Shown here: one piece after another, positions 10,899 through 22,200 of the stretch
Layout of the letters: every line of letters starts with the position of its first letter
Position numbering within the stretch: the first letter of the stretch is position 1
Source: Hemiscyllium ocellatum
Lineage: Eukaryota
Length of the DNA: 64,000 nucleotides
NCBI RefSeq assembly: GCF_020745735.1
Contig: NC_083410.1
Coordinates: forward strand, 4,562,117 to 4,626,116
Direction of reading: 5' to 3'
Notes under the pieces: generated by a model
What the model saw: only the letters and a program-made list of their open reading frames with translations
The model's database searches: none
Told to the model about the DNA's origin: nothing
Made by a program: the position numbers and the translations under genes

Positions 10899-13414
10899 GA
10901 AAGATCAGTCCTCAGCAGACGCCTCACCTTCATTCCCCTGCGGCCTCGGATTAATGAGTTCAACACGCGGCGAGACATTGAACAATTCTTCCGCCGCCTT
11001 CGCCTCCGTGCCTACTTTCACAACCAAGACTCCCGCCCACCCTCTGACGACCCCTTCTCCCGCCTCCAACACACCCCATCCACCTGGACACCCCGTGCTG
11101 GCCTCTTACCCGCCCTCGATCCACCCCGTGCTGGCCTCTTACCCGCCCTCGATCTATTTATAGCCAACTGCCGCCGTGACATTAACCGACTCAACCTGTC
11201 CACCCCTCTCACCCACTCCAACCTCTCACCCTCAGAACGTGCAGCCCTCCACTCCCTCCGCTCCAATCCCAACCTCACCATCAAACCCGCAGACAAGGGA
11301 GGCGCGGTGGTAGTTTGGCGCACTGACCTGTATACTGCTGAAGCCAAACGCCAGCTCGCGGACGCCTCCTCTTATCGCCCCCTTGACCACGACCCCACCT
11401 CCCACCACCAAACCATCATCTCCGAGACCATCCAGGACCTCATCACCTCAGGGGATCTCCCATCCACCGCCTCCAACCTCATAGTCCCACAACCCCGCAC
11501 CGCCCGTTTCTACCTCCTGCCCAAAATCCACAAACCTGACTGCCCCGGCCGACCCATTGTCTCAGCCTGCTCCAGCCCCACCGAACTCATCTCCGCGTAC
11601 CTCGACACGGTTCTGTCCCCTTTAGTCCAAGAACTCCCCACCTACGTTCGGGACACCACCCACGCCCTCCACCTCCTCCAGGATTTTCGCTTCCCCGGTC
11701 CCCAACGCCTTATTTTCACTATGGACATCCAGTCCCTGTACACCTCCATCCCCCATCACGAAGGACCCAAAGCCCTCCGCTTCTTCCTTTCCCGCCGCAC
11801 CAACCAGTACCCTTCCACTGACACCCTCCTTCGACTGACTGAACTGGTCCTCACCCTGAATAACTTCTCTTTTCAATCCTCCCACTTCCTCCAAACTAAA
11901 GGAGTTGCCATGGGCACCCGCATGGGCCCCAGCTATGCCTGCCTCTTCGTAGGATATGTGGAACAGTCCATCTTCCGCAACTACACTGGCACCACCCCCC
12001 ACCTTTTCCTCCGCTACATCGATGACTGTATCGGCGCTGCCTCGTGCTCCCACGAGGAGGTTGAACAGTTCATCAACTTTACTAACACCTTCCATCCCGA
12101 CCTCAAATTCACCTGGACCGTCTCAGACTCCTCCCTCCCCTTCCTAGACCTTTCCATTTCTATCTCGGGCGACCAACTCAACACAGACATCTATTATAAA
12201 CCGACTGACTCCCACAGCTACCTGGACTACACCTCCTCCCACCCTGCCCCCTGCAAAAACGCCATCCCATATTCCCAATTCCTTCGTCCCCGCCGCATCT
12301 GCTCCCAGGAGGACCAGTTCCAACACCGCACAGCCCAGATGGCCTCCTTCTTCAAGGACCGCAAATTCCCCCCAGACGTGATCGACGATGCCCTCCACCG
12401 CATCTCCTCCACTTCCCGCTCCTCCGCCCTTGAGCCCCACTCCTCCAACCGCCACCAAGACAGAACCCCACTGGTTCTCACCTACCACCCCACCAACCTC
12501 TGCATACAACGTATCATCCGCCGCCATTTCCGCCACCTCCAAACGGACCCCACCACCAAGGATATATTTCCCTCCCCTCCCCTATCAGCGTTCCGCAAGG
12601 ACCACTCCCTTCGTGACTCCCTCGTAAGATCCACACCCCCCACCAACCCAACTTCCACCCCGGCACCTTCCCCTGCAACCGCAGGAAATGTAAAACTTGT
12701 GCCCACACCTCCACACTCACTTCCCTCCAAGGCCCCAAGGGATCCTTCCATATCCGCCACAAGTTCACCTGTACCTCCACACACATCATCTATTGCATCC
12801 GCTGCACCCGATGTGGCCTCCTCTATATTGGTGAGACAGGCCGCTTACTTGCGGAACGCTTCAGAGAACACCTCCGGGCCGCCCGAACCAACCAACCCAA
12901 TCACCCCGTGGCTCAACACTTTAACTCTCCCTCCCACTCCACCGAGGACATGCAGGTCCTTGGACTCCTCCACCGGCAGAACATAACAACACGACGGCTG
13001 GAGGAGGAGCGCCTCATCTTCCGCCTGGGAACCCTCCAACCACAAGGTATGAATTCAGATTTCTCCAGTTTCCTCATTTCCCCTCCCCCCACCTTGTCTC
13101 AGTCGGTTCCCTCAACTCAGCACCGCCCTCCTAACCTGCAATCCTCTTCCTGACCTCTCCGCCCCCACCCCACTCCGGCCTATCACCCTCACCTTGACCT
13201 CCTTCCACCTGTCCCACCTCCATCGCCCCTCCCCCTAGTCCCTCCTCCCTACCTTTTATCATAGCCTGCTTGGCTACTCTCTCTTATTCCTGATGAAGGG
13301 CTTATGCTCGAAACGTCGAATTCTCTATTCCTGAGATGCTGCCTGGCCTGCTGTGTTTTGACCAGCAACACATTTGCAGCTGTGAACTCCAGCATCTGCA
13401 GACCTCATTTTTTA
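10899..13414 (+). mobile_element. Penelope-like element, right arm of a head-to-head pair
   Basis: ORF 11307-12986 contains the RT, with a frameshift near 12660 before GIY-YIG; 3' tail to ~13414; the whole pair is flanked by cccc(g/t)acatttacc (5516-5529, 13415-13428). Confidence 0.92.
13286..13321 (+). ncRNA. Minimal type I hammerhead ribozyme motif
   Basis: Identical motif to 5540-5575, at the 3' end of the right PLE arm. Confidence 0.75.
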
Positions 13415-16414
13415 CCCCTACATTTACCCCTGACTAATGCACCTAGCCCACACTTCCCTGAACACTATGGCAATTTAGCTTTACCTGTTCACCTAATCTG
13501 CATAACTTTGGATTGCAGGAGGAAACCCACACAGACACAGTGAGAACGTGCATATTCCACACAGACAATCACCCAAGGCTGGAATCAAACCCAGGTCCCT
13601 GGCACTAGGAGGCAGCTGTGCTAACCACAGAGCCACCATGCCACCCTAACTTTTAGTCCTGTCTAAAAGGTCCCTTTTAACTCTTTCTTCTCTCACCTTA
13701 AACTTATGCTCTCTAGTTGTGGATTCCCCTGCTGTAGAAAAAAGACCTTGTCTATTTACCTTATCCATGCCCCTCATGATTTTATAAACCTCTATAAGGT
13801 CACCCCTTAGCCTCCAACGTTCTAGGGAAAATAACCCCAGCCTATTCACCCTCTCCCTCTTGCTCAAACCCTCCGACCCAGGCAACATCCTTGTAAATCA
13901 TTTCTGAACACTTCCAAGTTTAACATCTTTCCTGTAGAAGGGAGACCAGAACTGAATGCAATATTCCAACCGTGGCCTAATGAATGTCCTGTCTAGCTGC
14001 CACATGACCTCCCAGCTCCTATGCTCAATGCACTGAACAAGAGATTCATTTGAATTCAGTGGTCTTTATCTAATGTACAATTCTTCTTTTTTGTTGACTA
14101 CAGCCTCAAGATTTTTATTCATCCATTGTTCCCTAATCCTATCAGCCTTGGTCTTTCACTCAAACAGGAACATAATGACGATGAATTCTTGAAATCACAC
14201 TATTGAAAGCCTCCCACTTACCTGACGTCCTTTTACTTACAAACAGTCTACTCCAATCAATTTTTTGAAATTTCTTGTCTCATACCATTAAAATTTGCCT
14301 TTGTCCAATTAAAATCTTTAAATTTTGTGAAAAGGCTTATCCTTTTCCATAATTATTTTAAACTAATAGATTTATGATCACTCAACCCAAAGTGTTCCTT
14401 TACTCTCATTTCAGTCTTTGCCCTGTCTTATTACCCAAGAAAAGGTCAAGTAATGCTCTGTAACTAGTTGGAATATTTATATATTGGTAAAGAAAATTTT
14501 CATGAGCACATTACCAAAATTCTTCACCATCCAAATCTTTAACGCTCTGCTGGGCCCAGGCAATTTGTGGAAAATGAAAATCACCCACTGCTTCAACCTA
14601 ATTATTCTTACATGTCTCTGAGATCTCTCCACACATTTGTTCCTCAATTTTCCTCTGATGACAGCGGGGCGTAAAGTCCAATCCTATCAAGGTCATCATC
14701 CCTTTTATATTTCTAATTTCAACCCATATACTATCAGTGGATGATTTTTCAGAAATATTTTCTCTAGTTACAGCAATAACATTCCTGTATTTCCTTGGGC
14801 AGTGTCTCTGTATTTCCCTGGTGGTGTTTTTGTTGCTGCTGCCAGTTTCAGGCCAGGCTGATGGAGATGGTAGACTGGATTCGGAGATGTGCCATCTAAC
14901 ACTCGTCAGCATGTGTCCTGGGGTGGGTGATGCCAACATCCTTACATCCCCTCACCAGTTGGATAATGTGCACAAGCAGATGCCAGTGCCTGGAGCAGGT
15001 TGTTGCCATGAAGTCTCATATTTGTCACTCTGGCAAATTAAGGCACATGTTATCACCAGGCTACATTCACCTGATTTAGTCAGGAGGAGGACTCTGTTGC
15101 TATTTGCCTTCCCCACTGCTTCCTTGTCAGTCGGACTTCTCCAGAGGGAAGGTCATTGATGAAACAGCTGAAGCTGGTTGGGCCTTAGGGTTAAAGGGAG
15201 CTGCACTGCTCCTGGCTGAGCTCACGCTGCTCTTGGTTTGGAGGTTTGACCCATCCACCACAACAGAAACCATTCACTAACCCACACCTCTCTCTGACCC
15301 CTCCCAAGTGTTGCAGCCCTCAAGCCCTCGACCGTATGCCTCTCGGATGACGCAGTCCAAGTGTAATGAAGCAGACTTGATTCAGGAGCCTAAGATCAAG
15401 GAACCCTCAAGGAACCAGTGACCATGGTATGATCAAATTCACATGGCAGTTTGAGAGGGAGATGATTGAATGAGCTGAGTAAAGGTAACAACAAAGACAT
15501 GAAGGAGGAGCTGGCCAGAGTTGATTGGAAAGGAAGCCCATCAGGGAAAGTGCTGGAACAACAACAACAAGAGGTTCTGAGGTTAGTTTTGGAGGCATAG
15601 CATACATTCATCCAAAGGAAGAAGAAACATACTTAGGGGAGGAAGTCAGCGACACCATAAAAGCAAAATTAAAATGGTGTTAACATTTAGTGAGAAGCCT
15701 TTAAAAAACAGCTGATGTTAATCATAAAAGCAATATGGGGAGGGAGGATGAAATATAAGAGTAAGCTAGCTGGTACATAGAACATAGAACTGTACAGCAC
15801 AACAATGGGCCCTTCGGCCCATCATGTTGCACCAAAGATGATGCCAAATTAAACTAATCCCTTCTGTCTGCCCTCCATTCCTTGTATATTCATGTGCTTC
15901 TCTAAAAGTCCCTCAGTAATAAATCAATAATAATCCCCTTAATAATAAAAGAAGAAGATTGCAAGAATTTTGTTTTAGATATCTAAAAGGAAAGAGAGGG
16001 GCAAAGATGGTCATGCACCATAAGGCTGGGGATGTAATAAAGGGAGACGAAGAAATGACAGAGGAATTGACTAGACAGCTTGTATCAATGAAAGACACCA
16101 GCGCTTCAACAGAATCAGGGCGGAGGGGTAAGTTTCATCATTAAGGAGAAGGTGCTGGGGAAGTGGAAAGGTCTGAAAGTGGATAAATTACCTGTACCAG
16201 ATGGACTATACCTCAGAGTTCTGAAAGAGATAGCTGAGGAGAATGAAGAGGCATTGATGGTGATCACTCAGGAATCACAGAAGTCAGGAAAGATCCCAGA
16301 GGACTGGAAAATCAATAATGTAACACCCCTGTGATAAAGACAGTTTCTTAATGAGTAAGGGGATCAAGGATTATAGGATAAAGGCAGGAAAATGGGATTG
16401 AGAAACATATCAGC

Positions 16415-19400
16415 TGAAAATGTGTTGCTGGTTAAAGCACAGCAGGCCAGGCAGCATCCAAGGAATAGGAAATTCGACGTTTCGGGCACAAGCCCTTCAT
16501 CAGGAATGAGGAGAGTGTGCCAAGCAGGCTAAGATAAAAGGTAGGGGGGAGGGACTTGGGGGAGGGGCGATGGAGATGTGATAGGTGGAAGGAGGTCAAG
16601 GTGAGGATGATAGGCCAGAGTGGGGTGGGGGCGGAGAGGTCAGGAAGAAGATTGCAGGTTAGGAGGGCGGTGCTGAGACAACGTGGGGGGAGGGGAAATG
16701 AGGAAACTGGAGAAATCTGAGTTCATACCTTGTGGTTGGAGGGTTCCCAGGCGGAAGATGAGGCGCTCCTCCTCCAGCCGTCATGTTGTTATGTTCTGCC
16801 GGTGGAGGAGTCCAAGGACCTGCATGTCCTCGGTGGAGTGGGAGGGAGAGTTAAAGTGTTGAGCCATGGGGTGATTGGGTTGGTTGGTCCGGGTGTCCCA
16901 GAGGTGTTCTCTGAAGCGTTCCGCAAGTAGGCGGCCCGTCTCCCCAATATAGAGGAGGCCACATCGGCTGGAGCGGATGCAATAGATGATGTGTGTGGAG
17001 GTACACGTGAACTTGTGGCGGATATGGAAGGATCCCTTGGGGCCTTGGAGGGAAGTGAGGGAGGAGGTGTGGGCGCAAGTTTTACATTCCCTGCGGTTGC
17101 AGGGGAAGGTGCTGGGAGTGGAGTTTGGGTTGGTGGGGGGTGTGGACCTGACGAGGGAGTCACGAAGGGAGTGGTCTTTGCGGAACACTGATAGGGGAGG
17201 GGAGGGAAATATATCCTTGGTGGTGGGGTCCGTTTGGAGGTGGCGGAAATGACAGCGGATGATACGTTGTATACGGAGATTGGTGGGGTGGTAGGTGAGA
17301 ACCAGTGGGGTTCTGTCTTGGTGGCGGTTGGAGGAGCGGGGCTCAAGGGCGGAGGAGCGGGAAGTGGAGGAGATGCGGTGGAGGGCATCGTCGATCACGT
17401 CTGGGGGGAATCTGCGGTCCTTGAAGAAGGAGGCCATCTGGGCTGTGCGGTGTGGGAATTGGTCCTCCTGGGAGCAGATGCGGCGGAGAAGAAGGAATTG
17501 GGAATATGGGATGGCGTTTTTACAGGGGGCAGGGTGGGAGGAGGTGTAGTCCAGGTAGCTGTGGGAGTCAGTCGGTTTATAGTAGATGTATGTGTTGAGT
17601 CGGTCGCCCGAGATAGAAATGAAAAGGTCTAGGAAGGGGAGGGAGGAGTCTGAGACAGTCCAGGTGAATTTGAGGTCGGGATGGAAGGTGTTAGTAAAGT
17701 TGATGAACTGTTCGACCTCCTCATGGGAGCACGAGGCAGCGCCGATACAGTCATCGATGTAGCGGAGGAAAAGGTGGGGGGTGGTGCCAGTGTAGTTGCG
17801 GAAGATGGACTGTTCCACATATCCTACGAAGAGGCAGGCATAGCTGGGGCCCATGCGGGTGCCCATGGCAACTCCTTTAGTTTGGAGGAAGTGGGAGGAT
17901 TGAAAAGAGAAGTTATTCAGGGTGAGGACCAGTTCAGTCAGTCAAAGGAGGGTGTCAGTGGAAGGGTACTGGTTGGTGCGGCGGGAAAGGAAGAAGTGGA
18001 GGGCTTTGAGCCCTTTGTGATGGGGGATGGAGGTGTACAGGGACTGGATGTCCATAGTGAAAATAAGGCATTGGGGACCGGGGAAGCAAAAATCCTGGAG
18101 GAGGTGGAGGGCGTGGGTGGTGTCCCGAACGTAGGTGGGGAGTTCTTGGACTAAAGGGGACAGAACCGTGTCGATGTATGCGGAGATGAGTTTGGTGGGG
18201 CAGGAGCAGGCTGAGACAATGGGTCGGCCGGGGCAGTCAGGTTTGTGGATTTTGGGCAGGAGGTAGAAACGGGCGGTGCGGGGTTGTGGGACTATGAGGT
18301 TGGAGGCAGTGGATGGGAGATCCCCTGAGGTGATGAGGTTATGGATGGTCTGGGAGATGATGGTTTGGTGGTGGGAGGTGGGGTCATGGTCAAGGGGCCG
18401 ATAAGAGGAGGCGTCTGCGAGCTGGCATTTGGCCTCAGCTGTATAAAGGTCCGTGCGCCAAACTACCACCGCGCCTCCCTTGTCTGCCGGTTTGATGGTG
18501 AAGTTGGGATTGGAGCGGAGGGAGTGGAGGGCTGCACGTTCTGAGGGTGAGAGGTTGGAGTGGGTGAGAGGGGTGGACAGGTTGAGTCGGTTAATGTCGC
18601 GGCGGCAGTTGGCTATAAATAGATCGAGGGCGGGTAAGAGGCCAGCACGGGGTGGATCGAGGGCGGGTAAGAGGCCAGCACGGGGTGTCCAGGTGGATGG
18701 GGTGCGTTGGAGGCGGGAGAAGAGGTCGTCAGAGGGTGGGCGGGAGTCGTGGTTGTGAAAGTAGGCACGGAGGCGAAGGCGGCGGAAGAATTGTTCAATA
18801 TCTCGCCGCGTGTTGAACTCATTGATCCGAGGGCGTAGGGGAATGAAGGTGAGGCCTCTGCTGAGGACTGATCTTTCATCCTCAGAGAGGGGGAGATCTG
18901 GAGGGATGGTGAAGATCCGGCAAGGCTGGGAGCTAGGATCTGGTGTGGGACTGGAGCTGGGGGTGGGGGCGGGGAAAGAGATCGACATAGGGGCGGGGTT
19001 AGACATGGTGACATTGCTCGGTGTGGGGGCGGGGTCAAGCGTGGGGGCAGGGTCATGCGTCGTGACGGAAATAAGCGTGGGGGCGGGGTTACGTGAAGTG
19101 ACGGAAGACGGCGTGGGGGCGGAGAAACCTGAGGCGTTGTGGTCCTGCAGGTTAGTGATGTCAGTGGGGGCGGAAGTGGCTGCAGCGACGGCAACCGAAG
19201 GGGCGGAAATGGTTGTGGCGACGAAAGAACCGTAGTCATTCCCGGTAGCCGCGGGGGTCGCGAGTCCGTCGGCGATCTTCCTGGCGATCGTGGAAGCGGT
19301 TGTCTGTGCGGTGATCGCCGGGGCGGTTGTTTGTCGGCGATCGCGGAGGCTCCAAGGTCGGTGGGGGCGGAAGTGACATCACGGTCGGCAGCGGCCGTTG

Positions 19401-19518
19401 GTGCCGCGGGCGCTGTAGCGGCCACATGTGTAATGGCGTCCGACAGGCCGATAGAAGATTCTGGAACAGTTGAGGAACCACGAGTGTGGGGGTAAGTACA
19501 TGAAAGTTTCTGGAACAG
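16415..19518 (-). mobile_element. Near full-length Penelope-like element
   Basis: Pro-rich N-terminus + RT + GIY-YIG in one frame with two CGA>TGA stops (17942-17944, 16781-16783); 17-bp TSD ttgagaaac(a/g)tatcagc at 16398-16414 and 19519-19535. Confidence 0.93.
16472..16507 (-). ncRNA. Minimal type I hammerhead ribozyme motif
   Basis: ATTC-CTGATGA-A-GGGC TTGT GCCC-GAAACGTC-GAAT; stem II fully Watson-Crick here. Confidence 0.75.
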
Positions 19519-19826
19519 TTGAGAAACGTATCAGCAATGATGGAATGGTGGAGCAGACTCAATGGACGAAATGGCCTTATTCTGCTCTTTTTTTTTCATG
19601 GTCTTATTGTGTGAGTCCCACTCCCCAGCCTTGAGCACAAAATACTCTCTGAAGCTGTCGGTTAGTACAATGTCTCGTGAAAGGGTAAAGCTCATGAGTT
19701 GTCGAAAATAATTTGGTTTCTAATTAGTGACTGGAATCCAGAACAATTGTTATCATGGCATTGTTTCCAGATGATTATTTTTGAGGTTTCTCATCTGTTC
19801 TGATCTCAGTTATTTTCTATTCACAG

Positions 19827-20177
19827 GTCAGGAAACATGGCCAGTTCCTATCCAATCCCCTGAAGCAGTGACAGTGCCTGAGGGTGGGACAGTGACATTT
19901 CACTGTGATTTGCGAAGCAGCAATGTCGATTACACTGTGGACAAATGTAATGTACACTGGCACCATTCCCGAGACGGGCCGATCATATTGGCACATTATC
20001 CAAATGGCGGTGTTTCCCGATCGAGAGGATTCTCTGAGCGGTTTCAGCTTTCCAGAAATGTGACCAGTAACAGCTTCATTCTGACCATCAGAGAGCTGCA
20101 GCTCAGTGACAGCAATACCTACATCTGTGCGATTTGGGGGACAGTATTTGGGAAAGGGACCCGGCTGAATGTGACCA
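19827..20177 (+). CDS. Ig superfamily V-set exon A1 (gene 1), pre-joined V-J type
   Basis: Acceptor ttttctattcacag|GT at 19826/19827, donor ACC A|gtaagt at 20177/20178; 351 nt, phase 1-1, open. Translation GQETWPVPIQSPEAVTVPEGGTVTFHC...NVHW...TYICAIWGTVFGKGTRLNVT has B-strand Cys, C-strand Trp, F-strand Tyr-x-Cys and a J-like FGxGTxL motif in the same exon. Confidence 0.93.
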
Positions 20178-20427
20178 GTAAGTATTCTCTAATACAGTAT
20201 TGATTTGATTCCCAGTGATTTTATGATGGAAGCATCTTGTTTAAATGAACATTTTATAAACTTTATAACAGACCCAGGCCCTGACTCTCAACCCCCTCCA
20301 CAACCTCTTGGCCCCTCCCACGGGTTCTCAACCCATTTCCTCCTAAACCCTGTCCCCAGCAGAAGCAGCACAGTCAGCTCACTGCCCTGGATCACAGACC
20401 ATTCCCCTGGCTCCTGCCAGTCAGTCA

Positions 20428-20730
20428 GGCAGTGATAGGTAGGGAGCGAGTGACAGAGAGGGAGTGAGTGATAGGGTGAGTGATAAAGAGGGAGTGACGG
20501 GGAAGGAGTGAGTGACAGACAGGTAGTGAGTGACAGAGACGGAGTGACAGTGAGGGAGTGACAGGGAGGGAGTGACTGACAGAGAGGAAGTGATAGAGAG
20601 TGAGCGAGTGATACAGCGGGAGTGATATAGTGGGAGTGACAGGGAGGGAGTGACAGAGAGGGAGGGAGTTACAGAGAGGGAGTGTGGGAAAAGGAGGATG
20701 TGACAGAGATGGAGTGACAGGGAGGGAGTG
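20428..20730. repeat. Purine-rich (GAGTGACAGAGAGG)-type tandem repeat
   Basis: Degenerate ~14-16-bp units about 250 bp downstream of exon A1. Confidence 0.85.
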
Positions 20731-21768
20731 AACTCCAGTGAAATGTTAAGAATCACATGTAGCCTCTTTAGCAGCTGCTGTCAAAAGGTAAGTACATCAG
20801 GTCAGTGCGAGGGCTCACTGCTGGGAGGGTAAGAAGTCAAGTAGGTAAAGGGAAGTAGGATGCCAGGTGTGGAGAGTACCAGATAAGAAGGGTGCCATCT
20901 TATTAGGTTACTAATTGGAAATGTGTTCGGCTGCCATGACCATAAGGGGCCAGGTGAGTACGGGGTAGACCATTTTAGGACAGAGATGAAGAGAAACTTC
21001 TTCACCAGAGAGTGGTGGCTGTGTGGAATGCTCTGCCCCAGAGGGCAGTGGAGGCCCAGTTTCTGGATTCATTTAAGAAAGAGTTGGATAGAGCTATCAA
21101 GGATAATGGAATCAAGGGTTATGGAGATAAGGCAGGAACAGGATTCTGATTAAGGATGATCAGCCATGATCATATTGAATGGTGGTGCAGGTTCGAAGGG
21201 CAGAATGGCCTACTCCTGCACCTATTGTCTATTGTCTGTTGTCTAATGAGTAATGTGTAACTGGGTCAGGGCTAGGGCGACAGGTGGTATAGGGCCCCGT
21301 GGGAAGAGGATTCAGATGCAGAGTTGGTGCAGGGAATGGGGGATGTGAGTTGGGGAAGAGCAGGGAAAATGGGCTAGGATCCAAGGGGGTCAGGTTTCAG
21401 GTTCTGTGCTGGGAGTTGTCAGGGATCTGGAGGTGTGTGAGGTAAGAGCGTAATCTGCTGAATAGTTACTCAGGAATTAGATTATGTATTTAATATTCTA
21501 ATTTTTCACAAAGAGATAGTTGAGGACAATGTTGAGACACTAGTGGCAATCATTCAGAAATTGCAGGAATCAGGGAGGGTCGCAGAGGATTGAAAATTCA
21601 TGAATGTAACACCCCTGTGGTAAAGGTAGACAGATTCTTAATGGGTGAGGGGATCAAGGATTATAGGGAGAAAGCAGAAGAATGAGATTGAGAAGCATAT
21701 CAACAATGACGAATAGCAGAGCAGTCTCAGTGGGCCGAATGGCCTTATTCTGCTCCTCTATTTTATGG

Positions 21769-21941
21769 GCGAAAGTGAGGACAGCAGATGCTGGAGATCA
21801 GAGTCAAGATTAGAGTCGTGCTGGAAAAGACCAGCAGGTCAGGCAGCATCCGAGAAGCAGGAAAATCGACGTTTCGAGGAAAAAACCTTCATCGGGAATG
21901 ATGAAACCCTGGTGAAGGGCTTTTGCCTGAAACATTGATTT
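21769..21941. mobile_element. 173-bp Penelope-derived insertion made of two outward-facing 3' ends
   Basis: Minus-strand PLE tail with decayed hammerhead, then a plus-strand decayed hammerhead; 15-bp TSD tcctctattt(t/c)atgg (21754-21768, 21942-21956); single empty site in the paralog at ~50512-50526. Confidence 0.8.
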
Positions 21942-22200
21942 TCCTCTATTTCATGGTCTTATTCTCTGAGTCCCACTCCACAGCCTTAAGCACAAAATGC
22001 TCTCTAAAACTGTCGGTTAGTACAAGGCAAAGCGAAAGAATAAAGATCAGGAATGGTCTAAAAGAATCTGTTTCTAATTAGTAATGAGAATCCACAACAA
22101 CGACTGATAAGATCCAGGGGATTTGGTCATGGATTTGTTTCCAAGTGCTTACTTTTGAGGTTTCTCATTTGTTCTGATCTCAGTTATTTTCTATTCACAG

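Larger units (their letters stand above)
5443..13645 (-). mobile_element. HE1-like tRNA-derived SINE split in two (5443-5529 and 13415-13645)
   Basis: The two halves join into one SINE matching the copies at 43331-43496 and 53661-53830; tRNA-like A/B-box head at ~13580-13642. Confidence 0.75.
15150..20900 (+). repeat. Segmental duplication shared with ~49130-52780 (and partly 21490-22810)
   Basis: Collinear non-coding blocks: 15180-15620 with 49140-49590; 16250-16414+19536-19826 with 21540-22200 and 50270-50770; 20730-20900 with 52620-52780. Confidence 0.85.

Noticed and set aside
5816-19562. Many antisense or shifted-frame ORFs over the PLE and CR1 copies
   Set aside because: Shadow ORFs of GC-rich retroelement coding sequence, repeated identically in each copy.
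19781-19826. ORF-track N-termini such as MRFLICSDLSYFLFT on the V ORFs (also 22155, 50695)
   Set aside because: They start at TTG/alternative codons in the intron polypyrimidine tract upstream of a clear acceptor, so they are not real leaders.
1-19826. Leader exon for gene 1
   Set aside because: No homolog of the 45859-45910 leader was found by eye; it may lie upstream of the window or be lost.
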